The notes under the pieces: model-generated | What the model saw: only the letters and a program-made list of their open reading frames with translations | Database searches by the model: none | What the model was told of the DNA's origin: nothing | Program-made: the position numbers and the translations under genes | Shown: one piece after another, positions 11,901-22,190 of the stretch | How the letters are laid out: each line of letters begins with the position of its first letter | Position numbering within the stretch: the first letter of the stretch is position 1 | Assembly (NCBI GenBank): GCA_964035545.1 | Contig: OZ037768.1 | Coordinates: 16,909,875 to 16,973,874 of the forward strand | DNA from: Bugula neritina | Lineage: Eukaryota > Animalia > Bryozoa | Reading direction: 5' to 3' | Length of the DNA stretch: 64,000 bases

Positions 11901-13799
11901 TGGACCTAAAGGGCCAACTTCAACAATTGGACAATAAAATAGAGTTGATGTCGAGGAAGAAAGATGAAATGGACCACACTGCTAAAGTACTTAGCAAGAG
12001 CATCAAACAGAATGAAGTGGCTGTAGATAAACTAAGGTATTGATAAATACATATTTTATTATTGCTGTAGGTTGACTTAGTGAGTTGCAAGTACGATATA
12101 TTTCTCATAAATTATTAAAATATGTGGTGATCATTCTTATAAATGTCATCGGAGCTGTGCAATTTCAGAAAAGAGCTCGATGAAGCAAATATTCAACTAG
12201 AAGCACAAACTAATCTTGGAAACAGTTTGCTGAGCTCGAGAGATGATGTGCTGAGAAGAATGGAGCAGAGGTCTAAGGAACACAGCCAACTGATGGCTGA
12301 AAGATCTATTACTATCACAAAACACACAGTGAGATGATTTGTTATACTGTTTGCTGTTGGTGTCATACTCTTTTTTGCTTAAAGCGTTTGGCCAGCTTTA
12401 TTATTTCTATCCACATTTTAGGCATTCACAATCAATTTATTTGTTCACTGAGGTATGCCTAGGTAAAAAGCTTTCACAAGGGAAATTTTTGCTAATTATT
12501 GAAAGTTGTCTTCTATTTTTAAGGGCATAAAAGTGTATGCAACTATAGCAAAATTAGGTTTCTTGACAATTATTTCATATATAGCTAACTATGATGAGAA
12601 GTTAACAAAAATTATTACATGAAATTCGACAAGGCAAATTTTGAGCAATAGTATGGATATACTGATGAAGTTTCTTGGATCAAGCATTTATGATTGGTTA
12701 TTTACCATAATTGCAAATAAGACACTATCCAATCTTGTTAACCATGTATTGCACTATGCTGAAACTATATTAACAGTATTACACCTTTGAAAATAAAGAC
12801 AACTTTTAGCAAGTATCCATGAATACAACGTAGCAACACATTTCTATGTTGTTAGTTTTTTTATCTCGCTTATATTTTTAATGGGTTGAAGTTGCTGATA
12901 ACTGATAAAATATGTTATTATAAATATGTAACATTTTAGAAATTAATTCAATATATGTTGTGCATGCGAAATTTAGAATGCCTTTATAATATGGCTATAA
13001 GTAACATTAAACCATAAAATGAAATTTTTATTTAGGAAACCTTGCAAAAAGAGTTGGGTATGAACCAAGGACTGGCAATGAAATATAGATTGCTGCAAGG
13101 ACAGTATGTTGACATGAAGAGTCAAGTCATGGATATGTTTGATGAGAGAAATAGACTTGAAGCTGGAATCAAAGATTTGAAACAACTCAAAGGTACTTGA
13201 GCTTCATATGTTAATTACATTAAATTAATTGTGCTGCAACCTTATAAACACTAGGGAGGATTACATTGATTGTAGATTGTAGATCTGTGCTTCTATATTG
13301 ATTACAGGTCTTCAGAGTCGAATGACAAGAGCACTGGAAACTTATTACAAGTTCCGTGGCATGTTCAACTCTGGTGAATTAGACAGGGTGCAAGCTGAAA
13401 ACCGAATAAGTGGTAGAAAACTAGCCTTGTTGCAGGATAACTTTACTGGCGCAGTGGAGGGAATTACAAGTAAGCCTTATTTATTTCATTTAATGAGATA
13501 TTTTGAATAATAATTTTACATGATTTGACATCTACAAAGCTATATTTTAAATCTTGGAAAATAAAACTGGCCATAATTTGATATACAAGACCCCTCCCTG
13601 CCCTTTGAAAAACTTTTGTTCTAGATTAATTGAATTGTAATAATAACTGAAAATAAATTACTGTTATATATATATATACTTCTTTTTAGAATTTTTGAAA
13701 GTTCAGATGAGTGTGTTGGACAAAAGAGAAGTAGTGAAAGAACACCAGTTGACCACAAAAGTTCAGGCAACTTCAAGTACAAATGTTGCAGTGCATTAG
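2954..13799 (+). CDS. CCDC178: Coiled-coil domain-containing protein 178-like, 17 exons (2954-3092, 3394-3561, 4415-4510, 5199-5405, 5828-5978, 6492-6704, 7051-7177, 7463-7585, 8061-8197, 9010-9193, 9620-9844, 11361-11474, 11891-12036, 12169-12328, 13036-13192, 13308-13469, 13690-13799)
   Basis: All exons join in frame through GT-AG introns to a TAG at 13797-13799. The protein has long heptad coiled coils. The segment FPSAVQAEHNAAVEDLSELHWH...DDIAFVQKHCPLVEEK resembles the CCDC178 'P.AVQ.EH......I.ELQWH...DI.Y...H.PL' region. Confidence 0.8.
4712..4860. repeat. Near-perfect ~150-bp palindrome (foldback) in a CCDC178 intron
   Basis: CACAGTGAAAATGAGAAACTTCTAGACGGCATTTTTAAAA... pairs with ...TTTTAAAAATGCCGTCTACAAGTTTCTCATTTTCACTGCG. 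Arms are about 68 bp with a short loop. Confidence 0.9.
6752..6961. repeat. ~210-bp palindrome in a CCDC178 intron containing a hammerhead-ribozyme motif; probably derived from a Penelope-like element
   Basis: Arms of about 97 bp are reverse complements of each other around a loop at ~6849-6861. Confidence 0.88.
6863..6900 (+). ncRNA. Minimal type I hammerhead ribozyme motif
   Basis: ACT-CTGAAGA-T-GGGCAC(AGTG)GTGCCC-GAAA-TATC-AGT: both conserved core boxes, a 6-bp stem II, an ATC cleavage triplet and a short stem I (ACT/AGT). Stem III has no loop, as in minimal metazoan hammerheads. Confidence 0.62.
7650..8005. repeat. Degenerate (TACAC/TATAC)n simple repeat in a CCDC178 intron
   Basis: Recurring pentamers; explains the spurious Y/T/H-rich ORFs at 7608-8059. 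Confidence 0.8.
10181..10447 (-). mobile_element. tRNA-derived SINE with a five-fold tandem amplification of its A-box region
   Basis: The minus strand starts GGGGCAGCCGTGGTCGAGGGGTTAGA, has five 19-bp units (10346-10440), then a B box GGTTCGAGCCC and a non-tRNA body. The tail boundary is approximate. Confidence 0.72.
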
Positions 13800-14135
13800 G
13801 CCGTTGCCAATCACTATAGGCTGATGCTTTTTATGGGCAGTGAAAAGTATATAAACAATTTTTCAGTTATTGATTCAATTTTTAATACATTTATTCTGAG
13901 AAATTATTTTAATTAGTTATAAATTTACACATGCTATAAAATATTTTTAGATTAGCAAATTTATTTTTGAATGCTCTCCGTCCAATTTACTGAAATTTAA
14001 CTTGAACTTTGTTAAAATAAACTACAATATACAAATTTTTCCATTTCTAGTTTCAAGTTGACATAGTAGTTGCGACAACTGCTCTCATCTGCAATAACAG
14101 AATAAACTGTATCAGCCACACATAAATACATTGAT

Positions 14136-14680
14136 TCAGCCTCTTTTCATTGCACGCTTTCCTTCACCCTTCTTGGGCTTCACTTTTCCTCTCAATGCTC
14201 TTTGTCTTTTCATTTCATCTTTAAAATCGGCATGCTCATCTCTAGAATAACGGATTATAGTATATTCAGAGAGTACGATATGCACACAAAAAGTACATTT
14301 TCAGTTAACCTATAGAGTCTCACCTGAACAGACCAACTTTCCTAAGTTTCCCAAGTAGGGTTGTCAACTCAATGTGTCTAGGGTAGTATTCTACTATTTC
14401 TGGACGTTTATCTAATGGTTTCTCTTTGAATATTCGTACTACCTACAGGTAAAAATACATACAACCGATATTTGATTATTCATTGGCAGAAGCTTGTACA
14501 TGTTAGCATAGGATTCAGTATGATGTATTAAAACTGGCACAGGAACTGTAATAACTAAGAACGGTTATATGATCATCAGACCTTTGGATCTAGACCACTA
14601 GATGGCATCATGTGAGGTGGAACTTCACCAAATATTCTTGCAGAGAGTCTGGCCATACGTTGAGCATATGGTGAAAGCAT
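14136..14680 (-). CDS. MRPS33: Mitochondrial small ribosomal subunit protein mS33; exons 14680-14582, 14442-14324, 14241-14136 (not in the ORF track)
   Basis: Spliced translation: [22 protein letters not shown]...[23 protein letters not shown]...[38 protein letters not shown]. It contains the MRPS33 hallmarks RMxRLSARxFGE, RDEHxDF and [10 protein letters not shown]. Confidence 0.95.
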
Positions 14681-16226
14681 CTTTAGAGTGCACAATTACT
14701 ATATTATTTTGACCAAACTCCTAAAAATAAAATATGTAAATGTTTGTAACTTAAGGCATGACAATAGTTTGTAGCATTTTAAATTGAACCAATCCTATAG
14801 TTCATTAGCTAGTTTTTATAGACCATCATGGCTTTTAGGAGTTATCTTCTATTTTCAAAGAAGGCTACAGCAAAAAAGATGCCAAACAAATAAGTTGCTA
14901 TATTTAAATTCAAAAACTTGCTTTAGGTAAACAAGTAACAAAATATGGCTATATGGAGGTTCAGAACTCAGTCTTGCACACTAAACAGCATGAAGTTTTT
15001 TAATAAAGCTTTTCTCATCACTAATTTATGATTACTAGTGATGGAAGAGTGAAAATTTCCAGTTTTAATAATGTTGAAAATAATTTTGATTTATAAAATC
15101 ATATGTAATTGAAGACAAATCTAATCAAAGGCAATAAAAGTGATTCATTGATGAACAAATGACCCCATCATGAAGCTAAAATAATCACATCAAAAACTTG
15201 AACCATTTCTTTAAAGCTGAGACCAACACAAAATTATAAAGCGACAAAATGACTATGTACAAATCTTACATCTAGAAATAGAACACAGTCAAGATTACTG
15301 CATACACTAAATACACAACATAAATTCTCGAAAAGTGATGTATTTTATCTCTCAATTGCTAAAAGTTAATTCTTCAGCATCTTATGTTTTACCAATATAA
15401 CAAGACCACAGACTCACACCAAGTTCTGGAAGAAGTCCACTTATTATTGATAGGATTTTTAGCTTAGGCTTTATGCTTGAAAAACTTTGTTGGGTAAATA
15501 ACAATTTAAATACAGGCAATGTAAGAAATATGTTACTTAATGCCAAAAAAACTATAGATATGGCCGAAATAGAGTATAGATTTGAGAATAATAAACTTGG
15601 CAACACTGGTTAGACAGGTATATTTAGAAAGACAATCTCTGTCTTATAAAACATAAATTAGAGTAGGTGAGTGCAAATTAAATTACACATGTTATAAATG
15701 TGCCAACTGAGAAGTATCAACTAAAACCAAAACACCCCAGACCCTAAATGAAATTTAAACACAAAAATTAAATTAATTTTCAATTACTATAACTATGAAT
15801 ATCAGGTCTTCAAATATTATTATGAAAAGCTGCAATAGGTATTCATAAGCTCGTCCTACTCAATTTAACATATATACAATGACAGCTTAATAAATGTAAC
15901 TAATATATGACACACTGTTTGCATGAAGTGAATTTTTGAAAGCTTGAAGAATTTGTCTTTAAAATGCAAATTCTTTATTTTTAAATAAGATTAGCAATCT
16001 AACTTTGTTGCAAACCTATGTGACATTCACACAATTGGAAAGAATGCCATTTTACGGATTTGTGATGTTATCTACATCAAATATTATAATTGAAACATAT
16101 TTTTCATCTAAGGAAAAGCTTAAGGATACCACAAAAAATACAAATAAGATTACTGATATTCTTAATTTTAATTTTTGATAGTAACACCAACACAAGAATA
16201 ATACGATAATGATTATTATATCATAG

Positions 16227-16657
16227 TGTAGTAGTTTTGTGGGTTATAGAATGAAATCAGGCAGAGAACATAACTCCTTGTTATAGAAGAGACAAGAGAG
16301 AGAGGTTGCCGTGTAGTAGAGAGAAGTATCCAGTGTGAGCTCCAGTCCGCAAGTGACTGAAGCTCTAAAATGCGTATCCTTTTATACCAGTGGAACAAAG
16401 GACTTCTAGAACCTTCTACCGACAGCGGGCCGATGTTCGGCAGGGAATGGCGACATTCGTCATGTCGGTAACCGACACTGGAAATATCGGTAATGCCGAA
16501 ATCGGTCCAACTGTCGGTTTACACGAATAAGCAAAAATGAACCCAACCAGGTGTATGCGTATTGTAACTTATAATTGGGGAAAGGGGATTAACTGTTTAC
16601 TATGCTAAAGGCTTAATGATAGCCATAGTATTTAAGGTATTAGAAAGTTACGCCACA
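16227..16657 (-). mobile_element. Solo-LTR-like segment
   Basis: A GC-richer island. On the minus strand it begins TGTGGCG, has a TATAAAA box (~16380-16386) followed by a CT-rich R/U5-like stretch, and ends ACTACA. No matching TSD was found, so the boundaries are uncertain. Confidence 0.42.
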
Positions 16658-17934
16658 GACTTAGCTATAACTACAGTATTTAGAAAAATAGCCATAAGTA
16701 ATGTGTCAAGGGGGATAATTCTTAATATTTTTCACAATAGACATGTATTGATAAATTATCATAATCATACTCCTAGTCATAGTGATTACGATATTCATAA
16801 CAATTATTTTAGTAATGGCTTATGGCTTTATTATTTATAACATTAACAGCATGAGCATTAGTATGAGTATCACTATCAGTATAACTATAAGCACAAGTAT
16901 TGATATCTTTAAACTACTAAAAGTAAATATAACACTAACATAACCAACAGGCATAGGCAATAGCAACGACATTTACTTTTAGTTGATCATTTACTATATA
17001 GTATATATCAATTTAATAAGTATAATAATAATAACCTCTTTGCCCCTTGGCTTAGCCTTATCATTATGAATATGAGTTCGTCATAATCATTTCAAGCTTA
17101 GCATTATGATTATGATTATCATCATGTCTTAAAGCTTAAGCGGTACTAGCACTACTAGTAGACGTAGTAGTACAGGTTGAGGTACTAGTAGACGTAGTAG
17201 TACTAGTACTACCACAACTACTAACCCTTCACCTTGGGCTTGCCAGTTCTCATTCTGAGTTCAGTTTGAGTTGTCACTACGAGTACGTCTACTGACAGTG
17301 ACTACTCACTACTGACTACACTTGTCAAATCGGCACGTTTAAGATTCATTTGGATTTGTCAATATCAAATATCAATTATGATTCTCAAAACATTAGATAA
17401 CTTCATTATAACTATTATCTTTTAGCTTAGACATACGACTACGTACTCGTAGTCACAAGGCAAGAGGCTGAACCACTGAGCTGGAATAGACCTGGAGAGG
17501 CCAAGGACGTTTTAGCGTGGCCAAATAGTTTAGCTCCGCCTTAACATGGAAAACTTAACCACGCCTACTTGTTTTGCACGCAGTAGTAGTAAAATCCATT
17601 ATAAATGCAAGCTATTAGAGCTTATAAATTGAGGTAAACACTAAAAATTAATGAAAATTCAGCAATGTGAAGCAGGAACTAATTATTTTGTTTATTTTAC
17701 TTTTGATATTTGTAATTTCATGACTAATTATCATTTTATGAAGCATGTACCTCAAGTATATATGATAATAACTTTAATAACCTAACAAATGCATTACATA
17801 TTTATTGATTAGATCAACACATTAGTCAAAATTAAATGAAAAGCAACAGCAAAGCAAATTTCAGCCTTAGTACATGAACACTGGCAGTAAGGATAACAAG
17901 TATAAAAGTTTATAAATAATATAAAAAAACCGGT

Positions 17935-19848
17935 GGTAAGACACAGCTTTACAACACAGGCAAGTAACAGATTTCCTTAAACCTTTCAAAGTTTTAAATT
18001 CTGTTTTCAAGTGCTAATCTGAAAGCAATAAGTGATTAAAATAGAATTACAGAATAAACAAAAAATAATATTATATTGCAATAACAATATTTGTTATCAT
18101 CTAATGTTATAATATAAATACTGTTGTAATAACTTCTAAACGATTAATTACCCACATCCTTATTACTGGCCTCTAAACAGTACACTTTTGTTGCTACATT
18201 GCCTGAAATTTAGTTTGTGCATAGCAATATTTGTTAGTTTAGCAATGTGGTGCTGAAATAAGTCATAATATACTTCAATGAGTAAATTTAAAAGGGAGAA
18301 ATGATGATTTTCGATGCCTAATGATGTCTCCATGAATAGCAGTTGTGCTATCTAATGGCTTAGAATTTCCTGAGTTGCCTGGATGTACACCACATCGGGT
18401 CACCAATTTTCTAAAGATAGACTGAAAGCCAGTTACAGATGCGTTATTATTCCATCCACCTAGAACAGATATTAAAAAAATGCTTGGACATCAATTGCCT
18501 GTTCACAATTAATGATTGGATTATGTTTACCCAGAAAAAATGATGTTTTTTAGAACACAAGCAAAACCTTGCATGCAATTAAGCCAAAAAAGTCATTTAA
18601 TTAAAAAATGCACAATTGCTTTGACACCACAGCTTTGGAAATTTTTGAAAATTCATTATCTTTGTCTCTTGGTATTCAAAAGTTAATAAAATTTACTTCA
18701 TATTGCATGCATTTTAACTGCTAAGCTCATGCAAAAAAATTCACTTTTCAACACAGTTGGTCCAACCGACCATCTTAGTTGCCCCTATCAAAGCAAAGTG
18801 AAAAACCGAACACCTGAAGGAAAGAGATAAGAGAGTAAGAGAACAAATGAACATGTTAACATAAGTGGATGCAGACTGGGCTTCATGCATAGCTGTATAT
18901 CGAACCATCAAATATAGAGGGGCATGGGGCAGAGATAGCTTCTTGCGACATCTTGTAAATACTTTAAATGAGCTTCTATTTTAAATAATCCAACAGAGTT
19001 TTGATTTTTTTTCTCTTATTTTTGTTCATTCCTACTTATTATAGCCAGTATTTACACTGAATTTTGCAACGTGTTGTCATGTTTGTGATATGTAATAAAT
19101 CAATCAATCAATCAATCAATAGCATACCACAGCTCTAAATGGTCTTGCGAAAATTTATACATTAGCAGATAGTCGAGCGTTTTAGGCACCAACAGTTTCT
19201 CCACCAACCCAAATACTGTGTCAATGGCACATACAAGTCCAGTAATACAAACATGTCTGCAAATAACACAAATAGGGACAGGCACATATTAGATCTGAAA
19301 TATAAGCAAGTAACACTTTCTATGGTAATAGGAAATTTACCTTTTGGTCTTGTACAGAGGTATCCCTTCATTATTCTTTAGGCCTAGCAAATATTGCCGT
19401 GTATCTTTCAGAAAAGGAGTGATGACACTGATACCATTTAGATGTAAAGGCTGCTTGTAGCCTTTAGCTATTGCTGATCGACTATTCAGGATGTCAAACA
19501 ACCGATCAACTTGCTACAGAAAAAGTAACATCAGCAGAACATGGGACGATTGCAGTTACAGTATTTTAAAGAAATAAAACCAAAAGCTGTAACAAACCCT
19601 AATGAAGTTGATGGTAGCATCACACTGCTGGAATTTAGAGAGCCCCAACTGTTTCAGCGTATCTAGTGAGTCAGCCACTGAAGCTGACAGCAACTGGGTA
19701 GCAAGAGACACCTGAGTAGATGACACAATAAAGATATTAGTTCAACACTCAATTATAACTGCATTGCCAAAGTAGCGCTCTACTAGTAGTAGTAGTAGCA
19801 GTAGGCTAGTAGTAGTAGTAGCAGTAGGTTAGTAGTAGAAGTAGCAGC

Positions 19849-19880
<32 letters not shown>

Positions 19881-19952
19881 AAGTAGCAGTAGGCTAGTAG
19901 TAGTAGTAGCAGTAGGCTAGTAGTAGTAGTAGTAGTAGTAGCAGTAGTAGGC

Positions 19953-19985
<33 letters not shown>

Positions 19986-20142
19986 CAGTAGGCTAGTAGT
20001 GGTAGTAGCAGTAGGCTAGTAGTAGTAGTAGCAGTAGGCTAGTAGTAGCAGTAGGCTAGTAGTAGTAGTAGCAGTAGGCTAGTAGTAGCAGTAGGCTAGT
20101 AGTAGTAGTAGGCTAGTAGTAGTAGCAGTAGTAGTAGTAGGC

Positions 20143-20181
<39 letters not shown>

Positions 20182-20862
20182 CAGTAGGCTAGTAGTGGTA
20201 GTAGCAGTAGGCTAATAGTAGTAGTAGCAGTAGGCTAGTAGTAGTAGTAGTAGCAGTAGGCTAGTAGTAGTAGTAGGCTAGTAGTAGTAGTAACAGTAGG
20301 CTAGTAGTAGTAGTACTAGTAGTAGCAGTAGGCTAGTAGTAGTAGTAGCAGTAGGCTAGTAGTAGTAGTAGCAGTAGGCTAGTAGTAGCAGTAGGCTAGT
20401 AGTAGTAGTAGCAGTAGGCTAGTAGTAGTAGTACTAGTAGTAGCAGTAGGCTAGTAGTAGTAGTAGTAGCAGTAGGCTAGTAGTAGTAGTAGCAGTAGTA
20501 GTAGTTGTTGTACTATCATACTGATACTGTAAGTATAACATTAGCCATTAGCCTTAGCTATTAGTATTAGTATTACTACTACTAGTAGTAGTAGTACTAG
20601 TAGTAGAGTACTACTAGTACTAGTACTACTAGTAGGCAGCAGCACCGCTACCACAACTATTAAGCCTACTGTTACGCTAGTTCATGTATTACTTTCACTG
20701 ATTGTTGTAACTAAAGCCATATACTTACTTGTGAAAAGAGATTTTTTTTGTCTTTATGTAACTGCTGTACTGGTAGTTGCGGCAATTGTATGCATAACAC
20801 TGAGACTCAGTGGTCTTGCTTCTTTGACCCTTAGTTTGCTTAGGATACGGAGAATTCGACAT
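17935..20862 (-). pseudogene. P-element (THAP9-like) transposase remnant; exons 20862-20729, 19711-19598, 19513-19341, 19256-19128, 18459-~18280 and a fragment near 17990-17935
   Basis: Exon translations: MSN...QCYAYNCRN...KISFH (THAP N-terminus); VSLATQLLSASVADSL...ATINFIR; QVDRLFDILNSRS...GYKQPL; ...YLLMYKFSQDHLELW (catalytic Glu motif); GGWNNNASVTGFQSIFRKL; LRKSVTCLCCKA. The rest of THAP, the coiled coil and the first two catalytic Asp are absent. Confidence 0.88.
19783..20505. repeat. ~720-bp (AGT)n microsatellite with an interspersed AGCAGTAGGCT higher-order unit, inside the P element
   Basis: Directly visible tandem repeat. Confidence 0.95.
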
Positions 20863-21414
20863 GTTTAACGAAGTAAAGGTGATAGAAAACACAATTAAAT
20901 AAAAATATAGTCGCTTCAGATATAAAGCAGGACAAAAAACAAAGTTTAAAAGTGAGATTCACTCAATCGAAATGATGGACGACCGGCTCTATTTTCTCCC
21001 GCTAGAAAAAGAGCATGCTCGGGCTCACAAAGCCAATCGGCAACGAGGTTACATTACAAAGTACAATCGTACCCATTCCAGTTAATAATTATTGAGTTCA
21101 TTGGGCTGAACCACCAAAATCTAGCATTTTTTTATAAAATGACTGAGTTTGAATCGTAGAAATGGTCTTATTTATTGAACTATTCCATTGGTCGTATCAA
21201 GATCTAGACCACTGTATGTCAACTTTCAACTAATAAAATGTAAGGAAGATAACTCTGTAAGTAGACATAATGAAGTGACAGTTACATTGACTTATAGTCG
21301 ATGTTATAACAAATACTATTGGTTAAAATTTTGTAAGGACCTAGTGGGTGCCTCTAACTATTGGTCATCTGCGTTTGGTGATTGATCATGTTTATGGTGA
21401 CCGTGATCAGTGAT

Positions 21415-21461
21415 CCTTTGCCTTTTGGTTACATTATGATAGTGTAACCAAAAGGCAAAGG
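21415..21461. repeat. Perfect 19-bp-arm hairpin
   Basis: CCTTTGCCTTTTGGTTACA, a 9-nt loop, then TGTAACCAAAAGGCAAAGG. Confidence 0.85.
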
Positions 21462-22190
21462 GCTTAGTTTAAGGCTAATGTTTAAGTTAGTAAATATAAT
21501 AAATTGAGTAAAGTTAGCTACTAAATTTGTTGATCTGCTTGAACGTAATACTTGATTAGTGATTAGTATTAGCAATAGCTAACTCTAAGTCTAATAAAAT
21601 AGCATAAGTTATTAACTTTAAGTATTAATCATTTAATGATTAAATTAATGATTATAATAAAGTATTACTATTAGTATTAGTATTACTAATACTATTAGTA
21701 TTAGTATTACATTAGCCATTACTATAACTATAAGTATAAGTATAGGTTAATTTATAAGTAATACTAATAGTTATACTTATAGTAATAGTATAACTAATAC
21801 TAATACTAATAGTAATAGTAATAGTAATACTGTAACTATAAGTTATTTAATAAATATTACTAATTATAATACTATAAGTATAAGTATAAACTATAGTAAA
21901 ACTAAATGTAATACTAATACTAATAGTGATACTTATACTTATAGTTATAGTTATACTAATAATTAATAGTATTAGTATAACTATAACTATAAGTATTACA
22001 TTTGTAGTTCACTATTACTATTAGTATTAGTATTACTATTACTATTAGTATTAGTATTGATATTGGTATTACTAATATTAATTCGCATCTGTTAAACTAA
22101 AAGTAAAACATAATGATAATCATGATCCATAGACATAATGATAATGATGAACATGATGATGGTAATACTATTCATAATCATAATGCCAAT

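Larger units (their letters stand above)
17474..21103 (-). mobile_element. Internally deleted P-element DNA transposon, 3630 bp
   Basis: 8-bp TSD GGCTGAAC at 17466-17473 and 21104-21111. The termini read CACTGAGCT and CAATGAACT (short, imperfect, CA-initiated TIR). The element contains P transposase exons. Confidence 0.88.

Noticed and set aside
19162-19371. 69-aa ORF from the track
   Set aside because: Wrong frame across an intron; the real coding signal is the spliced P transposase.
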